From: a virus
Taxonomy: Duplodnaviria > Heunggongvirae > Uroviricota > Caudoviricetes
IMG/VR virus record: IMGVR_UViG_3300025875_000002
Span: 64,001 to 128,000 of that record
Direction: 5' to 3' (one strand)
DNA: 64,000 nucleotides
A program made the position numbers and the translations under genes. This document shows positions 34,472 through 47,100 of the stretch, piece after piece (within the stretch, counting starts at the first letter, position 1; each line of letters opens with the position of its first letter). A model generated the notes under the pieces. The model had not been told where the DNA came from and did no database searches. It saw nothing but the letters and a program-made list of their open reading frames with translations.

Positions 34472-36757
34472 TTGGCACTTGATTTTTCAAGCGACGTTGA
34501 ATTAATTCAAGTTACTGTCCCTGGTGTAACTGAGGTAATTACAGTTCAGATTCCAGGAATACAGGGATCACAAGGAATTCAGGGCGTGCAGGGTCCTGTT
34601 GGACCAGCAGCCACAATTACTTCTGTTAGCGCAAATTCCCTTCCTGTTGGATCGTCTCCAACGGTTACTTTGGGTGGAACGGCAATTGCTCGTACATTTA
34701 CATTCGGCATCCCAACCGGAGCTACTGGTGCCACTGGATTAACCGGTAACACCGGTTCTACGGGACCCGCCGGTCCAGCGAATGTGCTTACAATAGGTAC
34801 AGTAGGTACAGGTTCACCAGCAGCAACTATTACTGGCACTTCCCCTAATCAAGTTTTGAATTTAACAGTTCCTCAGGGAATCCAAGGCATTCAGGGTCTA
34901 AAAGGTGATCAGGGGATTCAAGGTATCCAGGGTCCAATTGGCCCGCCCGGTTCCAAGGGTGATACTGGTGCAAATGGTACTAGCTTTGTTACTAAGGGAA
35001 CCGTTGCATCTTATGCTAACCTACCTGCTAATCCAGCTGTTAATGACGGTTATAAAGCAACAGATACGGGTAACCTTTATGTTTGGACTGGTAGTGCTTG
35101 GGTAAATCTAGGCAATATTGTTGGACCTAAGGGTGATCAAGGTGATCAAGGTATTCAGGGTATTCAGGGGATCCAAGGCATCCAAGGCATAAAGGGAGAT
35201 ACTGGTCTAACTGGCGCTCAGGGAATCCAAGGTATAAAGGGAGATACTGGTGCTACCGGAGCTACAGGTCCTGCAAATATACTAACGGCTGGTACTGTCA
35301 CCACTGGCACTGCTGGTAGTTCTGCTTCTGTTACAGTAACAGGAACCGCTCCAAATCAAGTATTAAATTTGACCATTCCTTCTGGAGCCCAAGGAATTCA
35401 GGGTGTCCAAGGTGCTACCGGCTCTGCCGGTCCTGCTAATACTTTGACTGTCGGAACGATTGCAACCGGTGCTGCTGGCTCATCTGTTTCTGCCAGTATT
35501 ACTGGTACTGCTCCTAATCAGGTCATTAACCTTACAATTCCAAAGGGTGATAAGGGAGACCAAGGCATCCAGGGTACGGCCGGTGCAACGAATACTCTAT
35601 CAATAGGAACTGTAACAACTGGTGCCGATGGAACAAACGCTGCTGCAACAATTACAGGAACTGCGCCTGCGCAGACTCTGAACTTAACACTGCCTCGCGG
35701 TGCTACAGGATCTGCAAACTCACTTACAATTGGAACAGTAACTACCGGTGTTGCTGGAAGTCCGGCAGCGGCAAGTATTACAGGAACAGCACCCAATCAG
35801 GTATTGAATTTGACAATCCCTACTGGTGCAACTGGAAATAGTGGAGTTACTTCTGTTGACGGCTTGACCGGCGCGGTAACATTGGGAGCTACTGCTGCTA
35901 CCGCAAACAGTTTGGCTCGTCGGAGCGGCACCGGTACTTTGGTAGCAAGTGATGCAACTCTTGTTAGTGAACTTGCCACATACAATCAGGTGCTACTTGG
36001 TATTAATACTGCTCGTTATGTGACCACCACTTCGACCACCGGATCTTATACTTTGGTCTCAGCCGACCTTGGTAAGATGATTCTAATTACTTCTGCTTCG
36101 GCAGCGGCCCTAACAGTTCCACCCGCAACTTCTGTAAACTTCCCACTGGGTGCAACAATTGAAGTTGCACAGGGAGGTGCTGGGCAGGTTATCATTTCGC
36201 CCGGTACAGGTGTTACCATCAGCTCTCCTAACGGAAGCATGGCAATAAGGTCACAATATGGTAGAGCTAAGCTTATCAAGATTGCTACCGACCTTTGGTA
36301 TTTGGATGGTGATATCGATGATTTGCAGCAGTCTCCTAGGATAAGGGTCTACAGAGCAACAAGTACAGGATACTATTCAACTAGCGTATATTACCCTGTT
36401 CCTTGGGACGGTTATGATGCTGCGCAGTCGTACAATCCGGGCAATACATGGTTTTCATATGACTTCGCCACGGCCGGTACAGATCGTAGAATTCTAGTCA
36501 AGAAGGCTGGTCTGTATCATATAGAACATGCGTCTTCTGGAACACAAAATGTTTTGGCGGCTAGAATAGTAAATATGACTGCTGCCACAACGGCCGGTAC
36601 CACAATTAGCTCTGCCAAGTCATCATCAGTTTCTACTATTACTAGGTTGGCTGCAAACTCATATGTGGGGGCTACAGTAATTCAGCCTGACATGGATACT
36701 GCGGACGGAACCAATGGTGATAAGAATCATTTCATTATTACTAGAATTTCTGCATAA
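34472..36757 (+). CDS. collagen-like fibre protein
   Basis: GXY runs (GIQGIQG) and about six GTVTTG..A..TGTAPNQ.LNLTIP repeats. Confidence 0.85.
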   Translation: MALDFSSDVELIQVTVPGVTEVITVQIPGIQGSQGIQGVQGPVGPAATITSVSANSLPVGSSPTVTLGGTAIARTFTFGIPTGATGATGLTGNTGSTGPAGPANVLTIGTVGTGSPAATITGTSPNQVLNLTVPQGIQGIQGLKGDQGIQGIQGPIGPPGSKGDTGANGTSFVTKGTVASYANLPANPAVNDGYKATDTGNLYVWTGSAWVNLGNIVGPKGDQGDQGIQGIQGIQGIQGIKGDTGLTGAQGIQGIKGDTGATGATGPANILTAGTVTTGTAGSSASVTVTGTAPNQVLNLTIPSGAQGIQGVQGATGSAGPANTLTVGTIATGAAGSSVSASITGTAPNQVINLTIPKGDKGDQGIQGTAGATNTLSIGTVTTGADGTNAAATITGTAPAQTLNLTLPRGATGSANSLTIGTVTTGVAGSPAAASITGTAPNQVLNLTIPTGATGNSGVTSVDGLTGAVTLGATAATANSLARRSGTGTLVASDATLVSELATYNQVLLGINTARYVTTTSTTGSYTLVSADLGKMILITSASAAALTVPPATSVNFPLGATIEVAQGGAGQVIISPGTGVTISSPNGSMAIRSQYGRAKLIKIATDLWYLDGDIDDLQQSPRIRVYRATSTGYYSTSVYYPVPWDGYDAAQSYNPGNTWFSYDFATAGTDRRILVKKAGLYHIEHASSGTQNVLAARIVNMTAATTAGTTISSAKSSSVSTITRLAANSYVGATVIQPDMDTADGTNGDKNHFIITRISA

Positions 36758-36818
36758 TCTTTGCATGTTAATGGTTAGAATGCTAAAATATAATTAGCCG
36801 GGAGGTTACAATAAGAAT

Positions 36819-37703
36819 ATGAACATAGACAGGGATACCAATTCAGACGTAATCTTTGAGCACCCATTCGTGGGTCCATTGACTGCTTCTGTGTATCGTA
36901 ATGACGTCAAGATAGCTGAGCGTACAGAAATAACACCTGCCGCCGGTAGATTTACTATGCCTTTGACATATAGAGAAACGCAGTTCGATGGCCCGCTTAC
37001 AATTGAGTGGACTGGACTGGACGCCAGCCTTGTATTCAAGCGCACAATGACAGTAGACGTTGTTACTCCTTTGGTATCAACCAGTCGTTTGCGTACTTTG
37101 TTTGACAACACCAACTGGACAGATGCCGAGTTGCGTGAAATTGAAAACATGGTGCGGGTATTTATTGAGTCTTATACCGGCCAAACATTTAGATATGAAA
37201 TTGGCACCCAATACGTAACTGGAAATGGAGAAAAGAAGATAGCTCTTCCAAAGCGCTTGATTAGAGCTACAGATATCACCGGCGGCCCAGTTGGATATTA
37301 TTCGGTTTCTTCTAACGGATGGTACTTGTATGTTAACAACAAGAACTTCTTAACAACTAAGGAGGCACCACCCGAAGACTATGCTGAGAACTACACCTAT
37401 ATGACTAGAGGCGTGATTGTCGTTCCTGATTCATACTGGAAGCAGTTTAGGGTCGGCGCGCGTTATGCCATTACGGGCGAATGGGGCTACTACTCTGTTC
37501 CTGCTGACATTGAGGAGGCGGCCATGCTGCTAGCAAATGACTACGCCTGTGGAGATAATTTGTACCGCGATAGGTATTTGGACTCCATGAAGTCAGGTGA
37601 CTGGACAATGGTCTTCAATTCAGGAGCATTTAGAGGAACTGGTAACGTCCGTGCTGACCAATTACTAGAGCCTTACCGTCGTCAGGGAATGATCATTATA
37701 TGA
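36819..37703 (+). CDS. head-to-tail adaptor
   Basis: FIESYTGQTF..ITGEWGY.SVPADIEEAA; position. Confidence 0.7.
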   Translation: MNIDRDTNSDVIFEHPFVGPLTASVYRNDVKIAERTEITPAAGRFTMPLTYRETQFDGPLTIEWTGLDASLVFKRTMTVDVVTPLVSTSRLRTLFDNTNWTDAELREIENMVRVFIESYTGQTFRYEIGTQYVTGNGEKKIALPKRLIRATDITGGPVGYYSVSSNGWYLYVNNKNFLTTKEAPPEDYAENYTYMTRGVIVVPDSYWKQFRVGARYAITGEWGYYSVPADIEEAAMLLANDYACGDNLYRDRYLDSMKSGDWTMVFNSGAFRGTGNVRADQLLEPYRRQGMIII

Positions 37704-38215
37704 GATGCCTAACATCAGTAAGATTCAACATGACTGCAACTGTTCTTGATTATGCTCCACGTGCTGATGCGGTGGATGAGGCCATTGTCGGTGGGCACTA
37801 TGTAACAATTCAGGATCCCGATACTGGTGCAATTCAACAAGTTTGGGTTGAGGATCAAGCAGTGGTTCCAGCATACAATAACAGTCCGCGAGTGGCAATC
37901 AATCGGTATGATCTGCCGTGTTTTGCTCGTGGATTCACAGAATTAGGATTCCGTTCTAGCGCGAACAATCAATCATTTGATGATGGAGTTTACCGTGCAA
38001 CAGAAGTAATTCAAGTTACTTTTCCAGCTCAGTACAGTTTAAATAGAAGCCAGTTCATTACCAACATTCGCGGACGTGACAAGCGACCGTTATGGATTGA
38101 AGAAGAAACCGGCGAGCCAACGGTATTTGAGGTCCAAGGAGTCACTCCAACATTTGACCCATTCGGACGACACATTGATAATATTGCAGTTTTGAATAGG
38201 TCCGTCGTTCAGTGA
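37700..38215 (+). CDS. head-to-tail stopper/closure protein
   Basis: Position; VFEVQGVTPTFDPFG motif. Confidence 0.6.
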   Translation: MRCLTSVRFNMTATVLDYAPRADAVDEAIVGGHYVTIQDPDTGAIQQVWVEDQAVVPAYNNSPRVAINRYDLPCFARGFTELGFRSSANNQSFDDGVYRATEVIQVTFPAQYSLNRSQFITNIRGRDKRPLWIEEETGEPTVFEVQGVTPTFDPFGRHIDNIAVLNRSVVQ

Positions 38216-39057
38216 GTAAGGTTAACTTCGGTATGGATAATTCGGAGGCCGAAGGAGTTATAGGATACATCGACGGCATGACTGCGACGGTTGAAACAGA
38301 TCGATACATTGGATCTGTTATAAGCTATGTAAACAGTAGGCTTGGTGATGAATTTGGTATTGCAGTTGACGTTGCTGCACACAACATGCCAGAATCTTTC
38401 ATGCATGTGTACGAATGGGGTAACAGCTATCAAGATTACTCAACAGTAGGCGATGCAGCCAACAGATTGTGGCGCTTGACAACAGTAGGGCATTCTCGGG
38501 GAACCAGCAAGACGATGGGATATGCATTTTTACCATCCAATAGACCGACACCAATTAACCCTATTCTACAAGGAAGGGTTAAGGCAGACCTTCACGTGTT
38601 TACATGGAAGGCCCCGGTTATGGAATATGGTATGAGAGTAACAGTTAAGCGCAAGCCGGGAACCGACTTCCTTGTCTTTACCGACAATGAGACCGATGAG
38701 ATTCGTGTGACCAAAGGTCCACACACCTTCACGGCAGGCATCAGTCCGCACGGCCGTCAGCAACAAAAGGGTGTATTTACTTCCTTCTTCGTTGGTTGGT
38801 GGTCAACAGAGGCACAAAATATTTTTGATACTGATATAAAGAAAGAACTAGAGCGGGATCTAGTTAGTGAAGGAAAGATGATGGCCACAGCCCGCCGGTT
38901 AAGAACCAGAACTAAGTCCTTCGATATCAATACATCCTATGCGGGTCAGGCAACGTTTGGCGCAGCAAAACGTCAAGCACAAAAGGATTTGAAGAAGATA
39001 CAACGAGGATACGACAGTAAGTCAGCACAGAAGAGGTTGAAGAAGTATGGCATCTAA
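38212..39057 (+). CDS. neck/tail-completion protein
   Basis: Position between stopper and tail terminator. Confidence 0.5.
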   Translation: MSKVNFGMDNSEAEGVIGYIDGMTATVETDRYIGSVISYVNSRLGDEFGIAVDVAAHNMPESFMHVYEWGNSYQDYSTVGDAANRLWRLTTVGHSRGTSKTMGYAFLPSNRPTPINPILQGRVKADLHVFTWKAPVMEYGMRVTVKRKPGTDFLVFTDNETDEIRVTKGPHTFTAGISPHGRQQQKGVFTSFFVGWWSTEAQNIFDTDIKKELERDLVSEGKMMATARRLRTRTKSFDINTSYAGQATFGAAKRQAQKDLKKIQRGYDSKSAQKRLKKYGI

Positions 39058-39568
39058 TTATAGGAATCTACATGCGGTCCACGCCCTAAACAGGTACTTG
39101 TGGTCACGCATTGAAGCCAATGGCATTATGCAAAAGATTAGGTACAATAACGTTGACCTGACTCCGTTGGTGCCAGTCGAAGAGACGCCAGAACTTCTTA
39201 CTGCTATCGAAGCACAGGCCGGTGTAGGAAGTCTGCCATTCATTGTTTACAACTGGACAAAGATAGACAATGGACAGCTCTGGATGTTGGAGACTAACGA
39301 GATTGCTTATGCAATAAGATCAGTAGATGATGGAGTGATGAGGCAGCTCATCAACTTATTCGATGACGAGTTTAAGGATTACGATGAAGCAGCTAAGAGA
39401 GTAAATAACTATTTGTTTGCTTTGCCGCCCACTAAGTTGCAAGAGTTTGATTTTAAGTATTTAAAGGTGTCTAGTCTTGGCGGACAGATGCCGGTCACTG
39501 AAGAGAATGGCCAGAATGAAGCAATCATAAGCATTACTGCTACATTCACTCAGCCAGCTCGTAGATAA
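39047..39568 (+). CDS. tail terminator-like protein
   Basis: Position before the major tail protein; LPFIVY motif. Confidence 0.55.
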   Translation: MASNYRNLHAVHALNRYLWSRIEANGIMQKIRYNNVDLTPLVPVEETPELLTAIEAQAGVGSLPFIVYNWTKIDNGQLWMLETNEIAYAIRSVDDGVMRQLINLFDDEFKDYDEAAKRVNNYLFALPPTKLQEFDFKYLKVSSLGGQMPVTEENGQNEAIISITATFTQPARR

Positions 39569-39664
39569 TTTTGACTTTTAATCAATTTAGGGATACGATA
39601 CAACTGAGAAGATAGGGTCTAGCCAACCACACAGATTTTTTACCTAGGAGGTGAAATATAAATC

Positions 39665-40303
39665 ATGACACTAGAAACAAGAAACATTATCATTGGTGCA
39701 TCAAGGTTTTTCGTTAGTGTAGCCGATTCAACTGGCACATTGCCAGCCCGTCCAGTTTTGACTGGAACCACTGCACTTGCACCAGTTACAACTGACTGGC
39801 GTGACGTTGGTTTCACAACTGACGGAGTTGAGGTATCTTACGAGCCTGACTACGGAGATGTTGAAGTTGACCAGCTACTTGACTCTGCTGTTATTTACAA
39901 GCAGGGTATGCGTGTTACTGTTAACACCACACTAATGGAGGCAACTCTAGAAAACTTGCTAGTAATTTGGGGGCAGACTCGTCCAGTAGCAGTAGGAACT
40001 GACGTAACGGAAGTTAGCATCAGCGCCGGTAACTTGGGAGACTTCCCATTGGAGCGTTCACTGCTTTTCGTTGGTCCTTCTCCAAGAACTCCAGCAGCAG
40101 TTTCTGGAGCAGTTCCAGCCGGTTCAGTTCGTAGAGAGCGTGTATACCACATCTCACGTGCTGTTCAGACCGAAAGCTCTTCTATGGCACTTCGTCGTGC
40201 AGAGGCAACCAGCTTGCCAGCTTCATTCCGTTGCTTGCCTAATCCTAACGCAACAGGTGGTCCAGCATATGGTACTGTCGCGGACAGAACTATTACTACG
40301 TGA
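39665..40303 (+). CDS. major tail protein
   Basis: WRDVGFTTDGVEVSYEP..VEVDQ..TTLMEATLENL. Confidence 0.85.
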   Translation: MTLETRNIIIGASRFFVSVADSTGTLPARPVLTGTTALAPVTTDWRDVGFTTDGVEVSYEPDYGDVEVDQLLDSAVIYKQGMRVTVNTTLMEATLENLLVIWGQTRPVAVGTDVTEVSISAGNLGDFPLERSLLFVGPSPRTPAAVSGAVPAGSVRRERVYHISRAVQTESSSMALRRAEATSLPASFRCLPNPNATGGPAYGTVADRTITT

Positions 40304-40321
40304 TAACTGAGTTTTGATGAT

Positions 40322-40350
40322 CCGGCCATTCCTTCGGGGGTGGCCGGTTT
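40322..40350 (+). terminator. terminator after major tail gene
   Basis: CCGGCCATTCC-TTCG-GGGGTGGCCGG then TTT. Confidence 0.7.
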
Positions 40351-40419
40351 CATTTTGCTTCTTAATTGATTTTTTGGTACACTAAGAATTACAAAGACCA
40401 ACTACTAAGGAGTAATATA

Positions 40420-41159
40420 ATGGCAAATACGGTATACACCGTTGAAGAATATGAGCTACAGGACGGCTCACTAGTCACACTAAAGCCTGCAAACATTGCG
40501 GTAAGCCGTAAGGGTCACGAACTCATTAACAAGCTGGGCCAGAATCCAGAGGTGGCTGAGGGCGAGCCGGAACCGGAAGAGCAGGATGACATTCATCAGT
40601 TGTTGGATATTGTATGCCTATGCCTTAAGCGTCAGCGACCAGAGTTTGAAACAATTGATAAGAATGGTAAGAAGGTTCCAAACTACGAGGTCATGGAAGA
40701 ACTATTCGACCTAGACACAGCGTTTAAGGTAATTGAAATTGAATTAGGCGTGAAGCTAAATGACCCAAAACTCCTGGAGGCAGCGATGAAGCTGGCGATG
40801 GCAGCGGAAGCACAAAACGAGGTCAACGGTTCGACGAACTAGAATTAGCCGAGCTTGAAGCAGAAGCTTTCTTGTTGGGGAACTGGAAGAACTTTGAAGA
40901 GTTAGAAGACTCGTTAAGTTTGCCTGAACTAGATTTAATCTTGAAGCACAAGAGAGAATCCGAAAGAGATCATCAGATGTTCCTTGCGGCAATACATAGA
41001 ATTGATCTAAGCAAGAATCAAAAGAACGATGTAGAGCAGAGGCTAGAGGAGGTAAGACGCCGAGCAGCAGAGCAGGAGCTTGGTGTAGATGAAGTTGACA
41101 GGCAAGAATTCGCTGCATTCGGACTTGGATTCGAAGTAGTAGAAGAGGGAGCTGAGTAA
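40420..41159 (+). CDS. tail assembly chaperones: 40420-40842 and a -1 frameshift extension to 41159
   Basis: Slippery C CCA AAA at 40764-40770; -1 frame open from there to TAA 41159 and closed just upstream by TGA 40761. Confidence 0.8.
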
Positions 41160-44100
41160 AACGCAAGATATTGTTGTACGGTTTAATGGTAAGGCAGACT
41201 TTGGTGATGTGCGAAAGGAAATCGTACAGCTACAGGCTGCCTTTTCCCGCATGGAAGCATCAATGGCGGCAGCTCGTAAGAGCGCTGACCCAGATGACAA
41301 GATCGGGGTATACAAGGATCAGCTAGCTCAGCTAGCACAAATTAAGTCTGCATACAACAATGCTGCAATGGCTTCCGGAAACTGGCACGTCCAGACCGTC
41401 AAGAACATTTCAGAGTCAGAAAAGCTAACTGATCAAATTAAGCGTCAGAAGCTTGGTGTTCGTGATCTTGTAAAGTATTACAAGGAATACCAAAGTACTT
41501 CTGGAAAGAGCGGCGCTCTTTCTGAGGCAATCAAGGAGCAAACTGCTCTTCGTAATGCTACCGCATCACAGATGACAGGAAACGTTTTCGGAAAGAACGA
41601 AACTGACCTTCACGTTCCAAAAAATCTTGGAAGCGATCTTGACAACGTCAGAACAAAGCTTGGTCTAATAAACCAGGCTATTGGTTCTGCTTCAACAAGC
41701 ATGGTAAACTGGGGTAAGAATACTCAATGGGCCGGTCGTCAGATCACTGTTGGTTTGACTATGCCTTTGGGTATTGCGGCTGTAGGCGCAGCAGCCCTTG
41801 CTTTGCAAGTAGATAAGAGCCTTACTGACGTTGCTAAGGTTTATGACACCGTGTCTCAATCTCAGATGGGACAGGAAAAGGAACTTGCTGCTGTACGTGA
41901 GCAGGGATTGGCAACGGCGACCCGTGCCGCCCAGGAGTACGGGTCGAGTCTACAGGACACTCTAGACGCACAGGCCCAGCTAGCTGCAACAGGACTAAAC
42001 GGCGCTAAGCTACAGCAGGCAACCAATGAGACAATGAGAATTGCTACATTGGGACAGATGGATTACCAGAAGTCAGTCGATATGACTGTTGCTTTACAGA
42101 CTGCATTTGGTTTGAGCAATGAGGATTTGACAAAGTCATTCGACACCATGAACGCGGTTGAGAATGCAACAAGCCTAAGCATTCAGGATATTGCTGACGC
42201 GGTCCCCCGTGCAGCAAGCGCAATGGCGGCTTTGGGCGGTTCAGTAAACGACATGATCGTTATGCTTACTGCCATGAAGGAGTCTGGTGTAGACGCAGCA
42301 GAAGCAGCTAACGCAATCAAGAGCGCCACCTCTACAATTCTTTCTCCTTCTACAAAGGCTAAGAATTACTGGCAGGAGACTTTTGGCGTAGACATTACCG
42401 AGATGGCTAAGGAGTCAAAGGGTAATCTTCTACAGATGATGAAGGACCTGGCAAAGGTTACTCATGGTAAGGACGCTCAGGAAGTAACCAATGGTATTAA
42501 CTTGCTATTCGGTAAGTATCAGTTCAACCGTGCAGCGGCCCTATTTGGTAATCTAGGTGATGCCATGACTGGAACACTAAACCAGACCGCTACGGCCATG
42601 CAGACAGTCGGTGAATCTAGTGAGGATCTTGCCGCAACTGCTGCGACCGAGCTAGAGCGTTGGCAGAAGTCTGTTAGTGGAAAGTTCAAGCGGGCAACAG
42701 AGTCAATTAAGGCAGAGCTTGTTCCTCTTGGAATGGTAGCTTTGCAGGTAGTTACTCCTATCATTCAGCTTGTGTCACAGATGATTGCTGGGTTTAATAA
42801 CCTTCCCGGTTCAGCCAAGATGATTCTCCTTGTGTCTGCTGGCTTGCTAGCTCTTATCGGCCCGGCAATGATGCTTGTTGGTATCTTTGCTAACCTTGCT
42901 GGTTCTGTAATCAAGTTTGGCTCAACAATGGCAAACCTTAGGCTTCGCTTTAAGGCAATAAACTCAGAAGAAGCTGCCGCAGAAATTCTAGCTAAGAAGG
43001 CAAAGTCTCGTTTCGACACTGAGGGTGCCGCAGCAGCCAACCTAACACTACAGCTACAAGCTTTGACAAAGGCCATGGAACAGACTGCGCTTGCTCAGGG
43101 TGCCCTTTCAATGGATAGTACCGGCAAGATGGTTTCAAGTCGAGCTGATGGCGCGGTTACTGGAACTCGTCAGGTGGCTCAGCGTGCAAATGGCTCTTTG
43201 ATGTATGCTGCCGGATCAGTTGATGCTAGTGGAAATAAGATCGGCGGACAGACAATTAGTAAGGCGGACGCTGCTGAGTGGGAGAAGGTAAGGGGTACTA
43301 GTGTAGTAGTTTCAGAAAATGCCAAGAAGACTCGTGTCAGTATGGACGGAGTTGGAAAGGCTCTAGGTGCTATCACTGCCGCCGGTTTAGTGTTTGGAAC
43401 AATGCAAACTGGTGCAGACGGCACACTAAACACAGTACTTAACATTGCTATGGTTGTTGGCACGATAGGAATGACATTCCCTGGTGCATTCACGAAGGTT
43501 CTGGGCAAGGCCAAGGAACTGCTTACAACTATGAAGGGTGTGGGCGCTGCCACCGCTGTAGCTAGCACAAAGGGTAAGGCTATTGGTGCTATGGCGACAT
43601 TGACAACTGGATTCAAGACTAATGGAATCAAGGGTGTCGGTCAAGCCGTTAGCGCTCTAGCCCCTAAGTTCGCAAGTATTGCAAGCATTGCAACTAAGAT
43701 TTTCTTGCCAGCAGGTATTCTTGCCGGTGGTGTTTTTATGATCAAGAAGATCGCTGATGCAATGAATGAAGTAGAAAATAGACAAAAGGCAATCGGCTCA
43801 TCAGCTAAGAACTGGGCCGATGTTTTGGGATACACTTATACACCTGGCGTGTATGATGGTGCCGCTAAGGCACTTGACACTTTAGCGGCTCGCAAGCCTG
43901 ATGTTGATGCTCTTACCGAAGCTAATGAAAGTCTTGTTGAGTCTCTAAGGGAGGCAGCCAAGGAGGGCGGCGACTTCGGTAAGGTGTATGATATGGCCAT
44001 GCAAGAAGCACTAAAGGTTGTTACTTCTGGTGGAACCGCAGCACAGGCCAAGCAGGCATTCATGATCTCTCTACAGGCCGCCGGTTTGCAGCAAGTGGAA

Positions 44101-47100
44101 ATGGGTCCTCTAGAGCTACAATTTGATAGTGTTGACTTGACAGATCCAACACAGATCAAGAGCCAGCTAACTAAGCAGCTTAATAATATTATTCAGTCAA
44201 TTCCACGTGGCATTGATGCAATGAATGGTAGCTGGTTCAGAAATGCAATGGGTGGAAATCTAAGCAGTGAGGCTAGAGCCGCTGGCCTAAATGCAGGACA
44301 GACTTTTGCTAGAATGTTCATGTCAGCAGCTACTCCTGCTGAACAAGCTGATATATTCAGTAACTTTACTAGCCAGCTAGACAGTGAGTTCTCCGGGTCA
44401 TTTAATCAAATTTATAACAATTTGGACGATGACTGGAAGGCTAAGTTCGATAAGCTTGGCATTGACTCAATTGGTTCACTTCGCGCAGCGCTCGGTAAGA
44501 TTGATGATGAGGGCGAGTTGATTGACTGGAACATGGCAATTGGCACCAAGGGTCAGTCTGCTATGGCATCATATGTCGAGTTGATGGAAACCATGCTCCA
44601 GGGTATGGTTGATGAAGGACTGATCACCGAAGACAAGATGAAGGAAATCGAAGATGGCCTTTGGAGTATGGATGATGTTAAGGTTGAGCTTGATGTTGAC
44701 GATTCTGCCGTTACCGATGCAAAGGACGACGTTGACGAAGCAGCGGCAGCAGTAAATGATCTAGATGGAACGAACATCGAGATTACTGCGGACATGCGCA
44801 CCAACCAGCTTAAGTCTTCAATGAGTGGTACAATGGATGCCATCTACGCTGAGGCAGATCGTCGCCTACAGGCGTCACAAGATGCTCAAATCAATTCAAT
44901 TCAGGCCGCTGGCGATAAGCGCCAGGCGGCACTAGAAGCGCGCGGTAAGCGCGAAGATGCTTACTGGGATGCACGCAGCGATGCTCTAGATAAGGCACAG
45001 CAGGCCGAAGATGATATCTTCGGCGACGCTTGGGACAATCGTGAAAAGGGCGAGAAGGCATCATGGGATCGCTCTGAGGACAATCTAAGCGATTACTGGG
45101 ATCAGCGCGAAAAGGACACCGAAGCATATTATGACAATGAGTCAGATCGTATTGACGCTACCATTGAAGCGATAAATGATGAGACTGATTCCAGAACAGA
45201 AGCAATTCAGGTCCAGATAGATGCCGAGACTGATGCTGATGACATGCGTCAGAAGCTGTTTGATCGTGAAAAGACACGCATTGAGCGTATGGCAGAGCTA
45301 CAGAATGATAACATTGATTTCAATTCAGCTCTTGGCAGTGGTAATCTAGACGAGGCCGCCAGAGTCTACAATAGCACCGGTGCTAAGGTGCAGCAGTGGG
45401 GTCTTGATGATCAGAATGACGCTCTAGATGAGATTGCAGAGAAGCGTAAGAAGGAGCTAGAAGATAGCATTGATCTTATTGAGGACGAACGTGATGCACG
45501 TATTGATTCTCTAAACGATCAGAAGGATGCTATTTCTGATGCTAAGGACTTCCGTATGGAAGCATTGAAGGCTGAGCGTGAAGCGGCAGAAGAGTCTTTC
45601 GAAGCTCAGCGTGCGGCAGCAGAAGATTCACTCGCGCGCCAGCGCGAGCTAGAAGAGCGGGCACTAAAGGCTCGGCAGGATGATGCAAAGAAGCTTGTTG
45701 AATCTCAGCGTCAGGCTCAGCAGGATTCTTTGGCTAATGCCAAGACTGCCGACCAGGCTAGGACTGCTAGTGCTCAGGCGTCTGCTCAGGCTCAGTTTGA
45801 AGCAGACCGTCGCGGTCTAGCACAGCGCTTGCAGGAGCTTCAGGCATTCACGCCTCGTAACCAGGCAGAGCTGAATGACCACATTGCCAAGGTAGAGCAG
45901 GCATATCGTGATTACGGTATCAACCTTTCTGCTCAAGGAAATGGATGGGCCCAGTTCATTGGGGGTGCTTTGAGGACAAATGTTAATACTGCTGCTATCA
46001 GCTTGCAGAATGACATTAACTGGCAGGCAATGGGTAAGGTTATTTCTGATCGTGTTGCTAGCAGTACTGGAATGTCAGCAAATGACTTGCAGTTCTTCAT
46101 TCAAAACGGTAGATTCCCTAAGCAGGGAATAACTGGAATTTTTGATCAGGTTTTGGGTGCTGTTCAGCGTCTTGCTTCTAGTGTCGGTTCCCGACACACC
46201 GGAGGTTTGACGCCAGGAACAGCCGGGTTCTCTGCGAAGGACAGAACAGGAGTTCCTCGTTCTGCCAGCCTATTCCCGTCTGAGACAATGGCAATATTAA
46301 AGCGTGGTGAGTTTGTTGTAAATGAAAAGGCTACACGTTCTAATTATGGTCTCCTGCAACAGATTAACTCTGGTGCAATTGCTCGACACGAAGGAGGAGT
46401 TGCAGAAGCTGCGCCTACGATGGTCGGTGGTATGGCATCTATGCAGGGTCAGGTAATTGAAATGGCTTTGGAGTCATGGGTTGCTCAGGCGATGGCACAA
46501 CAGGCAGCAACAAAGATTGCAGTTCAGCAGAATTCGGAGGGACTTCTTGGTGGTGGTGCTTTCGGCGGCGTAGCACAGGGCGGAAGTCAGATTGATCGTA
46601 TGTTTAATACCATCAAGGCAGCCTTCCCTAAGGCTCGACTAAATGATGGTTACCGCCCGGGTGCTAGCGACATGCACGGTCAGGGTAAGGCTGTTGACCT
46701 TGGTTTGCAGGGAGTGGCCGGTGGATTGGGAAATAGCTATCTTGCTTCTATGAACCAGTGGATTGCAGATAATATCCCTAACGTATATGAGCTTATTTAC
46801 GATGGAACGGGAGATAATCGTCCTGACCTTAAGCGTGGAGCGGCTTATAATTACGGAGCCGCATTGCAGGCTCAGCACCGTAATCACGTTCACTGGGCCA
46901 TGCAGTCATTCCACAAGGGAGGCGGTTTTGGACTACCTCAGCTTAATGCTGGTGCGTTCACCATGAGCGAGGGGCTAGCAAATTTGCATCCCGGTGAAGC
47001 AGTATTGACAAAACCACTAACTGACGGGTTTAAGCAGAATGTTGCAAACTCAACAGAGAACGGTTACAATGTAACTATCGATCTAAGAGGTGCTTTGGTA

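Noticed and set aside
34570-35850. Tandem DNA repeats as CRISPR or DGR template/variable repeats
   Set aside because: They encode collagen GXY and fibre repeat units; no spacers, no adenine-specific variation and no RT in the window.
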